Assembly: GCA_038063815.1 (NCBI GenBank)
Contig: JBBTUJ010000005.1
Location: 4,875-68,874 of the forward strand
Length of the DNA: 64,000 nucleotides
Reading direction: 5' to 3'
Source of the DNA: Patescibacteria group bacterium
GTDB taxonomy: Bacteria; Patescibacteriota; Minisyncoccia; Phycocordibacterales; EsbW-18
Below, in pieces: positions 10,113-20,484 of this stretch. The translations under genes were made by a program, and so were the position numbers. Position 1 is the first letter of the stretch; each line of letters starts with the position of its first letter. The notes under the pieces were generated by a model. That model had not been told where the DNA came from. It did no database searches and saw nothing but the letters and a program-made list of their open reading frames with translations.

Positions 10113-10835
10113 CTAGGATTGCTTTTTCGGACGGGACAGAAGAACAAAAAACCTTGGCTCAAACACACGACTGTCATAGGGCACGACTTCCGACCCTGTG
10201 GGAGTGTCATAGATACCGAACCGACGACGCATCACGATCTCGCAAAGACGCACTGCACGTCGCACGAAATAATTCGTAAGCCAGCGAGAAACGAGTCGCT
10301 GGCCAAACATTTTCTCAACGATAAGATACGGAGAGAGTTCAGCGATAAGTTCGTCGTATCGATACTCGAGAACATGGAATTGATTGAGTGGGTGGATACT
10401 GAATGGGGATGTCACTTTTTTGTTCGGTGTCGAAATGATGACGAGCCCGTCCGGCGCGAGCCAGCGAGAGAGGTTCGCAAGATATGCGCGCCGCACCTCC
10501 TCTTCGAGATGTTCTATCGTTTCGAATGAGCAGATGATATCAAAGGATGCGTCGGGAAAAAGAGTATCACCCGCAGATGCTTCGATAAATTCGACACCGG
10601 CCTGCGCAAAATGTGTTTGCGCGTAGAGAATGGATTCGTGCGAAACGTCGACACCGGTATACGAAGTAGCCCCTGCGACAATGCACGTCGGGGCTCCGTA
10701 CCCTGTACCACATGCAATATCAAGGACCCGCTTTCCTTTGACAAACGCGGTCGCGAAAGCGTACCGTGCTTGGTGCTCTGCTTCCGTCCGTTCGGATGAT
10801 TCTCCGATAATAACTTGTTCCCCTGTCGCTTTCAT
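10113..10835 (-). CDS. class I SAM-dependent methyltransferase (Methyltransf_11/23-like)
   Basis: VLDIACGTGYG motif I, DIICSFETIEHL and LAPDGLVIIS. Confidence 0.75.
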   Translation of the reverse strand: MKATGEQVIIGESSERTEAEHQARYAFATAFVKGKRVLDIACGTGYGAPTCIVAGATSYTGVDVSHESILYAQTHFAQAGVEFIEASAGDTLFPDASFDIICSFETIEHLEEEVRRAYLANLSRWLAPDGLVIISTPNKKVTSPFSIHPLNQFHVLEYRYDELIAELSPYLIVEKMFGQRLVSRWLTNYFVRRAVRLCEIVMRRRFGIYDTPTGSEVVPYDSRVFEPRFFVLLSRPKKQS

Positions 10836-10842
10836 GTGTCCT

Positions 10843-11880
10843 CTACGATATCACACGCTCGATAACGCGCTTCAGGTCTTCCGCGATCTTCTCGGGAGTC
10901 CCGCGTGACATAAAAAGTTCGTATCCACCACCACCAATCCGCTTTGCAAGACCTGAGTCGTCGCGGAGAGAAAGTACCGCACGCGCAAGGTCATTCGAAT
11001 CTCCTGGAATACAGAGAAGAACGTTCTGCCCATCCTGTGCAATCTCTTCTATCGCCTCAGTACGTGCGGTAACAACAGGCTTCCGACATGCCCACGCCTC
11101 ATACACTTTGTTGGGAATAACGAGATGTATTTTGTGAGTCGTCCCGGCAATACCGATCGATACATCCGCTCGATTGATATATTCACGAAGATCTTCGTAC
11201 AGAACATCATCATGAAAAGATACCTCTGGATATTCCTTCTCATACATCCGCTTTATGCTTGTGCCAACAACTGAGATCTGTATCCCCTGTGCTGAAAGCA
11301 TCTTCCCCGCAGCAAGTACGGTAGGAACACCATGAAGCGGAATGTTCGTTCCGTGAAAGTGGACCGTGAAAGGGTGTGGCGACGAGGAATCATTTGCATC
11401 CGGATAAAAAACCGACGGATCGGATCCGACAAGAATGCGATGACTCCGTTCTGGGTCACACCCGAATTTGTTCACAAAAAAGTCGCGGTGGGCGAATGTG
11501 TCAAAAAGATATGCGTGCGCAAGGTGACATGAGAGAAGATCGAGGAGATAGTAGTATGCCGCGTGCAGACCTACACGTGAGTATTTCTGTCGGTCATCAA
11601 CAAGCGTCATGTGTAAAGAGAAAAACGGATCAAAAATAATCTTCTTTGACGATATAAGTCGCGCTAGTATGAGTGCCTGCTGTCCCGGAAACGCAACGAA
11701 CATGATGTCGTACCTGCCACGAATCTGAGCGTGCTTCCGAATGAGGTCTCTGTATTTTCCTACTCCCTTTTTGTTTGTTCTGCATTCGACAACTGTGTGC
11801 CCGCTTAACTCAAATGCACGCTTGAGGATGCGGTTCCTGGGGTAGGTGGGATCATAAATCCCAAAAAAACATATCTTCAT
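10843..11880 (-). CDS. GT-B fold glycosyltransferase (GT1/GT4-like)
   Basis: 345 aa with a GT-B pattern. It overlaps the upstream GT4 gene by 4 nt. Confidence 0.6.
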   Translation of the reverse strand: MKICFFGIYDPTYPRNRILKRAFELSGHTVVECRTNKKGVGKYRDLIRKHAQIRGRYDIMFVAFPGQQALILARLISSKKIIFDPFFSLHMTLVDDRQKYSRVGLHAAYYYLLDLLSCHLAHAYLFDTFAHRDFFVNKFGCDPERSHRILVGSDPSVFYPDANDSSSPHPFTVHFHGTNIPLHGVPTVLAAGKMLSAQGIQISVVGTSIKRMYEKEYPEVSFHDDVLYEDLREYINRADVSIGIAGTTHKIHLVIPNKVYEAWACRKPVVTARTEAIEEIAQDGQNVLLCIPGDSNDLARAVLSLRDDSGLAKRIGGGGYELFMSRGTPEKIAEDLKRVIERVIS

Positions 11881-12935
11881 ATATGCGCGTCGTTCAAAAT
11901 ACCAACCATCCGCTCTATGAGAGATTGGAGACGATGTTCCGATGCAATCTTTTGGACCAACACACGCAAGGATTGGAACTCTCCATCGCTACGTTGTGCC
12001 ATTTGTAGAAGTGCATTTGCAAGTGTTTGGGCGTCACCTTGAGGAAATGCGACGACACCGGGCCGACCGACGCTCACTGAAAGCGTTCCCTCATTACACG
12101 TCACGACAGGAAGACCTGCCGCCATCGCTTCAAGAGGAGCCTTATCAAGCGCGCCCGTCGTGCTAGCGCTCACAAACACGTGTGCCTTATGAAGATACGG
12201 GAGAATATCCTTTTGGGGGACAGGCCCAACAAATGTTATTTTCTCTGACAAACCGAGTTCTTTCACTCGATCGTGAAGTTTCTTTTCATATGCTACCTGG
12301 TCCGGCGTTCCGGGTCCGCCGATGATAGAAAGAATGATTGAAGTTCCACGCTCCGTAACAATACGGATTGCGTCGATGAGTGTCTCATATCCTTTTACCC
12401 GAGAGATCCTACCGAATGTTACTACGCGGAGAACATCGCGCGGGAGGATTTCGGTAGAAGGAATGAATCGTTCCAGATCGATGCCGTGGCCGACAATGTG
12501 CGTTTTGTTCGATTGAATACGAAAGCTCTCTGTGGTCGATGTAAAAATATCGTGAGCAAGAATGGTGGCGAGGCGAAGTGAGGCGCTGACCGATCCGTGG
12601 GTATACCAAAGACCGATACGTTTCTTGAGTGCGCGCCACACAACACCACCTAAAACCACATAGATTGGGTTCATGTGTACAAAAACCGCGTCATAGTTTT
12701 TTCTTTCCCGCCATATATATGCATAGAACCGACGCAGGTATTTGAAGTGCGAGGGGCCCTTTTCTTTTCCGAGAGAAAGGACATGAACATTCTTTGGAAG
12801 CGCGTGCACGCCTTCATACAAACAGATGACGACTACCGACTCGCACTTTTGTGCAAACTCTTCAATCCATCGGTGAAAAAATCCGAGATTGTCATCTGCG
12901 CTATCAACTTTTTGTGTAAGGATAAGAAGTTTCAT
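11877..12935 (-). CDS. glycosyltransferase family 4
   Basis: RISRVKGYETLIDA...LEAMAAGLPVV, with 4 nt overlaps to both neighbours. Confidence 0.8.
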   Translation of the reverse strand: MKLLILTQKVDSADDNLGFFHRWIEEFAQKCESVVVICLYEGVHALPKNVHVLSLGKEKGPSHFKYLRRFYAYIWRERKNYDAVFVHMNPIYVVLGGVVWRALKKRIGLWYTHGSVSASLRLATILAHDIFTSTTESFRIQSNKTHIVGHGIDLERFIPSTEILPRDVLRVVTFGRISRVKGYETLIDAIRIVTERGTSIILSIIGGPGTPDQVAYEKKLHDRVKELGLSEKITFVGPVPQKDILPYLHKAHVFVSASTTGALDKAPLEAMAAGLPVVTCNEGTLSVSVGRPGVVAFPQGDAQTLANALLQMAQRSDGEFQSLRVLVQKIASEHRLQSLIERMVGILNDAHI

Positions 12936-14071
12936 CTTCGGGAACTGACGAATTCAACCAGCGGACGCTGATAATCAAGAACGGTCTTTCCTCCATACTC
13001 TTTTTGGAACGCCTCTTTGATATTCCGTGAAAACCCTTCAAGAACATCCCTGTGTGAAGAGAGGTGTGTGATTTTTTCTGCATACGCTTCAGATTTTGCT
13101 TCCTGAGAAAGCACGTACCCTGTTTTTTCATCCATAACGAGGCCCTTGATTCCACCAACCTCTGCAGCAATAACAGGCATACCAGCAACAGCCGCTTCCA
13201 TGAATACGCGGGGGAATCCTTCATAGCGGGATGGCAAGAGAAGTACATGATGCGAAGAAAAGAGTCCTACAATATCGTGACGCGACACAACACCGCGCAT
13301 ATCGCACACACCATCAAGACCGCGTCGGTGTACCTGTTGTTCAAACCACGCACGCTCTCTACCCTTGCCGACAATAGTAAACCGCACACCGTTCCCCGTC
13401 GCACGTTTTGTTGTATCAATGATTTCGAGCAGAAGAGGAATATTCTTCTGCAAAACGAACCTTCCCATAAACAAAATCCTGAACGGAGATTCCGAGAGAT
13501 TCCTGGACAACGTCTGCAAAGCATCGAGATCCGTTGGCATCATCGGTTTGAAAAAAACTTTCTTACCATATTCTTCTTTAAGACGCTCCACGGTTTCAGG
13601 ACCATCTGTCTGGATCGCATCCGCCCTCTTGAGAACATGCGGTGCAAGAAGCGTATAGAATCTATGTTTGAGTGATTCCGTTCGAATAAAGACGTTGTGT
13701 ATGTCTGTACCAAAAACACCAGCAACCATGGGTATGTGAAAATGTTTTCCCACCAAGAGTCCTACCAGACCAAAAAGAAATGGGTCTTGTGTGATGATGC
13801 TCCCGGGGCGGATTTTCCTTACAACACGCCCAAGTGTTGTGGATACCCTTAAAAGACCGAGAAGTTTTGATCGGTACGGGACAGGATGCACAAAAACCCG
13901 CGGGAGAACTTCTCGCACTTCACGAAGCGGTGTCGGCGCTGAGAGTATCACGTGCACCGACGCGTAGAGTTCTGTGTACACCTGCATACGACGTGCCGTG
14001 TCACTTGTTGCGTCACCGACAGAGGCGTCGGTCGAGAGCATTACTACGGGTTGTTTTTCTAATGAGGGCAT
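12932..14071 (-). CDS. glycosyltransferase family 4
   Basis: EGFPRVFMEAAVAGMPVIAAEVGGI. The alternative start MLSTDAS at 14041 would avoid overlap with the upstream gene. Confidence 0.8.
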   Translation of the reverse strand: MPSLEKQPVVMLSTDASVGDATSDTARRMQVYTELYASVHVILSAPTPLREVREVLPRVFVHPVPYRSKLLGLLRVSTTLGRVVRKIRPGSIITQDPFLFGLVGLLVGKHFHIPMVAGVFGTDIHNVFIRTESLKHRFYTLLAPHVLKRADAIQTDGPETVERLKEEYGKKVFFKPMMPTDLDALQTLSRNLSESPFRILFMGRFVLQKNIPLLLEIIDTTKRATGNGVRFTIVGKGRERAWFEQQVHRRGLDGVCDMRGVVSRHDIVGLFSSHHVLLLPSRYEGFPRVFMEAAVAGMPVIAAEVGGIKGLVMDEKTGYVLSQEAKSEAYAEKITHLSSHRDVLEGFSRNIKEAFQKEYGGKTVLDYQRPLVEFVSSRR

Positions 14072-15078
14072 AGGGCAAGAAATTCGTGTGCGATATCTTT
14101 GTACGAGTGGATGAATGAAAGTGCGCGGACACGGAGGGCATACTCACGATAGTGGGTTTCGTCAGCAAGCGTCAGAAATGCGTTCGCTATTTCGTCTTCA
14201 TTAAGAGGGTCTACCAAAAATGCCGCGTTCCCAATACGATTTGTTATACCATTTTCACGAGTTAAAATGACTGGTTTTCCAAATGAGAGAGCTTCAAGAA
14301 TAAAGTTCGGTCCTATATCTCCGAGAGACACGAGAACCGCAGCATAACAATTTTTGAGTGCTTCGATAACTTCATCGTGTGGACGATTAAACCGAAGCGT
14401 GAGCGATATGCGCGGGAATTTCTCTTGTGCTTTTTTGAATGCGCGCTCTAATGTGTCCGTATTTTTCCACTTAAGATCTCGGACTATGCATACAAAATTT
14501 TTCTCTGCATCGGGAGATGGTGTTTCTACGACAGACACCGGCTCATAATTGTTCTCAATGACTGAAACCTTTGTTGAATCGACGATATATACAGGAACCC
14601 AGATATCACGCTGATATGTCGTATTAAATACGATTTTGTCCATTTGTTTCAATGCCCATCGCGTCAGTGTAAAAACCATTTTTTCTTTTTGTGTAAAATT
14701 TCGTTCTGCGCTATAAAATTCTGAAAAGAGTATTTTTTCTCCTGTCCGCTCCACATACTGCTCCCATAAAAAATCACCTCCCGTTCGAAGGATGACGTGC
14801 CCACCAAATATCTTTCTAAGAAGCGCCACCGGAAGACCGACGCTAAACGTGTCAAGTGTAATCGTTATATCCGCACGTATGAATCCCAAGATAGATTTTA
14901 AAAAATAGACAGCGTGGCGGATTCCCGTCGGAAGATGGTGCTCAATCGTGTATGTCCGCACAAAAACAGTATGCCCAAGAGATTCAAGGGCTGCTTTAAG
15001 TTGTGATGCGTAATGTCCCGTTCCCCCGGTCTTTGGGGGATAGATTCCTGTCGCAATAAGGATACGCATGCTTTTCAT
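14059..15078 (-). CDS. glycosyltransferase family 4
   Basis: MKSMRILIATGIYPPKTGGTGHY. The ORF track begins at 15135, but MKSM at 15078 is the likely start. Confidence 0.75.
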   Translation of the reverse strand: MKSMRILIATGIYPPKTGGTGHYASQLKAALESLGHTVFVRTYTIEHHLPTGIRHAVYFLKSILGFIRADITITLDTFSVGLPVALLRKIFGGHVILRTGGDFLWEQYVERTGEKILFSEFYSAERNFTQKEKMVFTLTRWALKQMDKIVFNTTYQRDIWVPVYIVDSTKVSVIENNYEPVSVVETPSPDAEKNFVCIVRDLKWKNTDTLERAFKKAQEKFPRISLTLRFNRPHDEVIEALKNCYAAVLVSLGDIGPNFILEALSFGKPVILTRENGITNRIGNAAFLVDPLNEDEIANAFLTLADETHYREYALRVRALSFIHSYKDIAHEFLALCPH

Positions 15079-15178
15079 GGTTGCATAAGTGAGTGAAAAA
15101 GGGAAAGCCGGACGCCAACTGCGCGCCCGGCTCAATTCTCCCCAAAGATCTGCTGACCCGAGCTCACTTAGGCCGTGG

Positions 15179-15667
15179 TTAGGCGATGCACATCCGGAGG
15201 AGAGGTGCGAACTTCTGGTTGCCGCTCAACGCAGCGATCTCACGGGCCTCGTCGAGCGTCATGAGACCAGCATTGACTGCCGCGACAAGAACAACCGCTT
15301 CATCGGCGTCCTCGGGGAGACCCGAGAATGCCATCACGAGGTTCTTAGCCGCACGAATCCCCCCGCCCCACTCGTTGCGTTCCGGATTGCGGCTCTCCGC
15401 GCTTGACCGAAGATTGTCCTGGATGATGCGCAAAACCTTCTCCACACAGTAGTCGACCGAGGGAGAGGTTGGTGGAACGTATCCTAGGCGCATCTTGAAG
15501 GGCATCCAGAGTTCCCCCCTCTTGTCTTTGCACCAGTTGAGAAAGAACCACCCCGCAATCTTCCTTCCCCTCTCGGAATCCTCGGTGAGACCATTCGCAA
15601 TGGCCACATCCAGGATCCGAGGGAGTGATCCGAGGATCTGACCCACGTGATCGAGCGTTGCGCGCAC
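15179..15667 (-). CDS. hypothetical protein (GC-rich islet inside the glycosyltransferase cluster)
   Basis: 162 aa ORF with a GTG start. The region is about 58-60% GC against roughly 45% neighbours. A GC hairpin plus U-tract lies downstream at about 15092-15131. No family recognised. Confidence 0.35.
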   Translation of the reverse strand: MRATLDHVGQILGSLPRILDVAIANGLTEDSERGRKIAGWFFLNWCKDKRGELWMPFKMRLGYVPPTSPSVDYCVEKVLRIIQDNLRSSAESRNPERNEWGGGIRAAKNLVMAFSGLPEDADEAVVLVAAVNAGLMTLDEAREIAALSGNQKFAPLLRMCIA

Positions 15668-15743
15668 CGTTGCACCAAACCTTTCCCCCCGATCAATGTC
15701 GGGGCTTGTCTAGACAAGATAATACGTAATGGGGAAGGTTATG

Positions 15744-16964
15744 TCAAATAACTTTCACAAAAACTTTTTCACGCATATCGCGCGCGACAGTGTCCCATCC
15801 GTATTTTACTCGAACCATCTCGCGCGCATTTTTTACAATCTTCTTGCGGAGTACATCATTCTCCATGAGCCGCACGACGGCACTTGCAATCGATTCGGGG
15901 TTTTTTACTTCACAAAACAATCCCGTCGGCGCTACCTTCCCCAGCGGGCTTTCGGGGTCTATCAAAAAATCGGGAATGCCACCGACGCGCGTTGCGACAA
16001 TTGGAATTCCGGCTGCCATTGCCTCAAGAAAACTCGAACCCATTCCTTCGGAGAGTGCTGGACGGACGAAGATGTCTGATACTTGGAGGTATGCGGGAAC
16101 GAGGTCTGTGTCTACTTGGCCGCAGAACCGCACGCGTTTTTGAAGTCCTTTGGACACGACTTCCTTCCACAATCGCTCCCCAAGAGGACCCGCGCCTAAA
16201 ACTAAAAATTTCACGCGCTCCGGCAATTTTGAAAGTGCTGCAATAACATCTCCAAGTGCATTCTTCTCAACAAGGCGTGATGTTGTCACGAGATATACTT
16301 CGTTCGGTTTCTTATTGAGGGCATAGATAAGTTTGTTTGTTTCTTTTGTATGCTTTGTACTTGCAAATCTTTCAAACTCAACTCCATTCGGAATAACAAC
16401 CGGCTCTCCGGGGTATCCCATGTCTTTTGCAAACTGTGCGAGATATTTTGAAATTGCCTGTACGACCGTTGCTTCAGTAAAAATGCGTTTCAAGAGTCCG
16501 GAAAAAAGACGGATGCGGCGGCGTTTCGTGATGTATTCCGTCGTGTCACCATCTTGGAGTGTCAAAATATACGGAGTCATATCCCGAAAAAATTTCCGCA
16601 ACAAAACCACGGGAAATCCCATATTTGTCATAAGAGACCAGTATGCATTGTAGGGTTTCCCCCGCGAAAGGGAGCACGCCTTCAAAACGGCGAGTGGCAC
16701 ATACAGAACCTTCACGAGATACCACGGGAAGCGGGAAAGATCTTCGAATGTAATCCCTTTTTTTGACGGGCCGATACGGTGAATCGTCACATTCCCAACC
16801 CTCTCAATACGTGGAAGGTTCGCGTCCGCGCGAAGAGCGATGAGGTCAAATTCTATCTCCTCCTTTGAGATCTGGTCCGTGATGAATCGCACGGCCATCT
16901 CCGCCCCACTCTCGTAGGGATGGTACATGAGAGAAAAGATGAGGATGCGCTTGGTTGCCATCAA
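15744..16964 (-). CDS. glycosyltransferase family 4
   Basis: EGMGSSFLEAMAAGIPIVATRVGGIPDFL. Confidence 0.8.
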   Translation of the reverse strand: MMATKRILIFSLMYHPYESGAEMAVRFITDQISKEEIEFDLIALRADANLPRIERVGNVTIHRIGPSKKGITFEDLSRFPWYLVKVLYVPLAVLKACSLSRGKPYNAYWSLMTNMGFPVVLLRKFFRDMTPYILTLQDGDTTEYITKRRRIRLFSGLLKRIFTEATVVQAISKYLAQFAKDMGYPGEPVVIPNGVEFERFASTKHTKETNKLIYALNKKPNEVYLVTTSRLVEKNALGDVIAALSKLPERVKFLVLGAGPLGERLWKEVVSKGLQKRVRFCGQVDTDLVPAYLQVSDIFVRPALSEGMGSSFLEAMAAGIPIVATRVGGIPDFLIDPESPLGKVAPTGLFCEVKNPESIASAVVRLMENDVLRKKIVKNAREMVRVKYGWDTVARDMREKVFVKVI

Positions 16965-16991
16965 GGCATCATACCATGCAGTTGTTTTGCT

Positions 16992-18341
16992 TCATGAAGA
17001 CGCTTCTGTCACCTCAATAATCGTGAACGCGTGTGCTGGCGGAAGGCCTGTACCTGAACCGACATCTTTTCTTGTTCTCTGCGTTGTCAAAAAACCAAGA
17101 AGAGCAAGGGTACTTACAATAAGCGTTCCGGCAAGAATATACGGCAACACGCTTTCTGTATGAGACGCTGTCGGAACAACTTCTTCAACATACCCAAGCA
17201 CCTTATTTTCTACTACGGCGTTTGGTTCGTATGTGGCGGCTTTTTTGCCACCGGGATAGAGAAGTTCTACGCGGTCCTCTTTTTGTGGCAAAAGTTCGGT
17301 TACTTCTTCAGGAAACTTCACTGCACTTCGAGGTGCGATCAGAGTATCATCAGGAAACGTGAATGTGTCTCGTGATTTGCTTCCTTTCTCGTACTCAATG
17401 TGTATCTGCCAGCGTGAAAGGTCGAGTTCCGTTTCCGCGCCGTTCGCGACCTCGATGTATCCGCCGTTTCCCCAATCAATGTCGCTTAAGCGGACTTCTG
17501 CTGGAACCGCCGTCACCATGAGCTTATCCTTCGCCCTTTGATTGTCTCCAGAGACATTGAGAACAACCGTATACGTGCCAGGTTTTCGATACGTGTGCGC
17601 TTCTTCTTTTCCTTTTCCCTTTCCACCATCTCCAAATGACCATGCGTAGTTCGCCGCGGAGATTCGTATGTTTTTATCGCTCACGCCATACCCCTCAAAC
17701 AACGCCTGTGCCCCAACCGTCACAAGACGGTCTTCACCTGCATAGGCAAAAACGACCTGCTTATATCCACCCGTTATTGTTTTCTTGGCAGTTGTGCTCG
17801 AGGAGCTCGAGGAAGAAGTAGATGTTCCCGCAACTTCTCCCCCGGTATCCTCCGTGCTGTTAATCGCCTTTGGTGTCGGAACGCCTGTTATCCACGTCCC
17901 ATCGGCCTGACGTTGAGCTGTGTGTTTTGTTGTGTTGTTTCCGCCGAGATTCTCCCAGTTCGCGCCGCCTGAGGCCGTATCGACGACAACACCATCTTTA
18001 TCGAGAATCTTCAATGTCTCGCCCGTATTTCCCAAATCGCCCGTATATATCTTGTCTGCAGGAATTCCAGAAACACTTTCATCGTCTGTCCGTTCAAGTA
18101 AATAATAGCCACTAGCGGATATCGAACCAGAAAGCGCTATTGACGGACTTCCATCCTCTGCGATAAGTTTCCACCCAGTGAGTGAAACGAGATCTGCGCC
18201 ATCGTTCACGATCTCAATCCATTCATCTGTTGCTGACGTTACAGTTCCCATCCAAGCAACTTCGTTTATAAAAAGGGCTGCAAATGTTTGCGTTGGTGCG
18301 AGCGCCACAAACAAAACAAAAAGAAAAAGCTTCCGTTTCAT
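16992..18341 (-). CDS. secreted/anchored surface protein with two lamin-tail domains flanking a PKD domain
   Basis: N-terminal signal peptide MKRKLFLFVLFVALAPTQTFA. LTD-like LFINEV...WIEIVN and RLSDIDW...YIEVANG segments. PKD-like WSFGDGG...HTYRKPGTYTVVLNVSGDN segment. Poly-Ser/Thr stretch TSTSSSSSSSTT. C-terminal TM helix. Confidence 0.7.
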   Translation of the reverse strand: MKRKLFLFVLFVALAPTQTFAALFINEVAWMGTVTSATDEWIEIVNDGADLVSLTGWKLIAEDGSPSIALSGSISASGYYLLERTDDESVSGIPADKIYTGDLGNTGETLKILDKDGVVVDTASGGANWENLGGNNTTKHTAQRQADGTWITGVPTPKAINSTEDTGGEVAGTSTSSSSSSSTTAKKTITGGYKQVVFAYAGEDRLVTVGAQALFEGYGVSDKNIRISAANYAWSFGDGGKGKGKEEAHTYRKPGTYTVVLNVSGDNQRAKDKLMVTAVPAEVRLSDIDWGNGGYIEVANGAETELDLSRWQIHIEYEKGSKSRDTFTFPDDTLIAPRSAVKFPEEVTELLPQKEDRVELLYPGGKKAATYEPNAVVENKVLGYVEEVVPTASHTESVLPYILAGTLIVSTLALLGFLTTQRTRKDVGSGTGLPPAHAFTIIEVTEASS

Positions 18342-18386
18342 GCGAAAACTCTATCTCATGCAAGATAAAGAGGCGTTAAAGAATAC

Positions 18387-20372
18387 TTACTTCTTTTCCC
18401 GGTCAAACAACTTTTTCAAAACGTGTTCAGGAACTTCAGGAAGTGCTTGTTTCTGTTGAGAAAGATTTGGCGCAGGGGGCACGGGGGCACTCTGGGCAGG
18501 TTTCGGTGAAGGATTCTGGACTGGCGGAGGTGGCGGTGTTTGTTTTACTTCCTGCTTCGGTGGCTGGGATTGTTGTGGTTGTTGTTGTGGTTGGACTTGA
18601 GGAGCTGGTCGTGATGAAGGAGTTTGTTGCACGGGTTCTCGCGGAACAGGGGTTATACCCTCATCCGGGGCAACAGGTTGCTGAAGGACTGCCGCCAACG
18701 CGTCGCGTAAATCTTTCAACCGCTCTTCTGACGGTCCTTTTTCTTTCTTTTGGCGCGCACGCTCTTCTTCTTTAAGGCGCGAAAGAGAAACAGCTTGCCG
18801 AACCCGATCTTCACGATTAGAGAAACCTTTTTGTTTTCCTTCTTCTTGACGGGGTTCTCTTCCCTCCGGAGGTTTTACAGGGCTTCTTTGCTCACTGCGG
18901 GGAATTCCGGACTCCTCTTTTCTCTCCGGTGGCCTGCCGCCACGTTGTTCTCCTCGAAAACTACCTCCACCTCGTTGACCACCACGATCTCCCGAAGAAC
19001 TACCCTCCCGGCGAGGCGGCGGAGCAGAACGCGTCTCAGAGCGTCCGCCGCCTCCTTCTCTTTCCTCTCTACCAAACACCTTTTCGTGCCACGTAATGAT
19101 ATCTTCTTCAACGGGACGTCGTGCTCGGGCAAATTGCTCACGTGAACGAGCGATGGCGACATCGCGGTACGAAACAGCTGGTGACGCGATAGGTCCCAGT
19201 GTTCGCGCGGAAAAAGGAGCAGACGACATACCATCAATCATAAGTTTGAGGTATACCTGCGCAAACCCGAGATTCACGAGATCTTCTGCGGTGAAGAGCG
19301 GTGCGAATTCTTTTTCGAGATACTCGGCGTCCGTCGCACCAACACGGAATGTAATCATCGTTCCGACGTTGCCGAAGACGGCGGCACGCACTTCGTCAGA
19401 CATCTGCTCGATGTACTGATGCGCCATCGTGAGATTCAATTTATATTTTCGCGCCTCCGAGAGGATGTCCGCAAAGGACTCGTTCGCAAATGATTGGAAT
19501 TCATCGACGTAGAGATAAAAGTTCGGCAGTTTATTGAGTTCATCCTCACGCAAGTCGGCGCGTGACATCGCGGCAAGGTAAATCTTTGTGATGAGCATCG
19601 AGCCCAAGAGATTCGCGCTATCTTCACCCACCTGCCCTTTCGAAAGGTTAATGATGAGGATCTTGCGCTGATCCATGATCTCGCGAATGTTAAAAGACGA
19701 TTTCGACTGGCCGACGATATTCCGAATGACAGGATTCGCAGTGAATTGTCCAACTTTGTTCTGGATTGCAGGAGTCGCTTCGGCTGCGAATTTATCGGTA
19801 TATCGTGCAAACTCATCTTCCCAAAATGACTTCACACCAGGGTCAGTCACCGACGCGACCACAGCGGCGCGAAATTCCCTGTCAACGAGCATCCGGTTGA
19901 TTCCCAAAAGCGTTGCGCCTGGGTACTCGAGAAGCGCCAGAATCGTATTGTTCAAAATATATTCCATGCGGGCTGACCACGCATCAACCCAGATTTTCTT
20001 AAATGCAGACATGAGACCCGCCGCAACAAGGTGACGTTTGTCCGGACCAATATCTTCCATCACGTTGAATGAAACCGGATTTGCAAGATCAAACGGTGCA
20101 AAATACACGACATCATTGATACGATGCTCGGGAATGTAGTCAAGAAGAAGGTCAGCGGTCTTGCCGTGCGGATCAATGAAGGCGAATCCTTCGCCGTTCT
20201 GGATATCCTGCACCGCCATGTTCTCAAGCAGAGTTGACTTACCGGTTCCGGTCTTTCCGATGACGTAGACGTGACGCGTCCGGTCCTTGGCTTTAATGCC
20301 AAATTTGACGAGTTTATTCCGGTGGTCGGTCTCGCCGATATATGTGATTCTGTTTGGATCAAAAGAACTCAT
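18387..20372 (-). CDS. soluble VirD4/TraD/TrwB-like (type IV coupling protein-like) P-loop ATPase with RGG/PQ-rich C-terminal tail
   Basis: Walker A VIGKTGTGKSTLL, FIDPHGK, Walker B YLYVDEFQ and ARKYKLNLTMAHQYIEQ. No N-terminal TM helices. About 250 aa low-complexity tail. Paralog of 46202-48943. Confidence 0.6.
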   Translation of the reverse strand: MSSFDPNRITYIGETDHRNKLVKFGIKAKDRTRHVYVIGKTGTGKSTLLENMAVQDIQNGEGFAFIDPHGKTADLLLDYIPEHRINDVVYFAPFDLANPVSFNVMEDIGPDKRHLVAAGLMSAFKKIWVDAWSARMEYILNNTILALLEYPGATLLGINRMLVDREFRAAVVASVTDPGVKSFWEDEFARYTDKFAAEATPAIQNKVGQFTANPVIRNIVGQSKSSFNIREIMDQRKILIINLSKGQVGEDSANLLGSMLITKIYLAAMSRADLREDELNKLPNFYLYVDEFQSFANESFADILSEARKYKLNLTMAHQYIEQMSDEVRAAVFGNVGTMITFRVGATDAEYLEKEFAPLFTAEDLVNLGFAQVYLKLMIDGMSSAPFSARTLGPIASPAVSYRDVAIARSREQFARARRPVEEDIITWHEKVFGREEREGGGGRSETRSAPPPRREGSSSGDRGGQRGGGSFRGEQRGGRPPERKEESGIPRSEQRSPVKPPEGREPRQEEGKQKGFSNREDRVRQAVSLSRLKEEERARQKKEKGPSEERLKDLRDALAAVLQQPVAPDEGITPVPREPVQQTPSSRPAPQVQPQQQPQQSQPPKQEVKQTPPPPPVQNPSPKPAQSAPVPPAPNLSQQKQALPEVPEHVLKKLFDREKK

Positions 20373-20420
20373 GCAAAAAGAGATGTACCTTGTGAATGCT
20401 TTCTACAGTATAAAACAGCG

Positions 20421-20461
20421 GAGCAAAAACGAAAGGCCGCCGTTCTCGCGAACGGCGACCA
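20421..20461 (-). terminator. rho-independent terminator after the 94 aa ORF
   Basis: Minus RNA reads GGUCGCCGUUC-GCGAG-GAACGGCGGCC followed by UUUCGUUUUUG. Confidence 0.5.
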
Positions 20462-20484
20462 CCGAGAGAAACGCGAACGACCGT

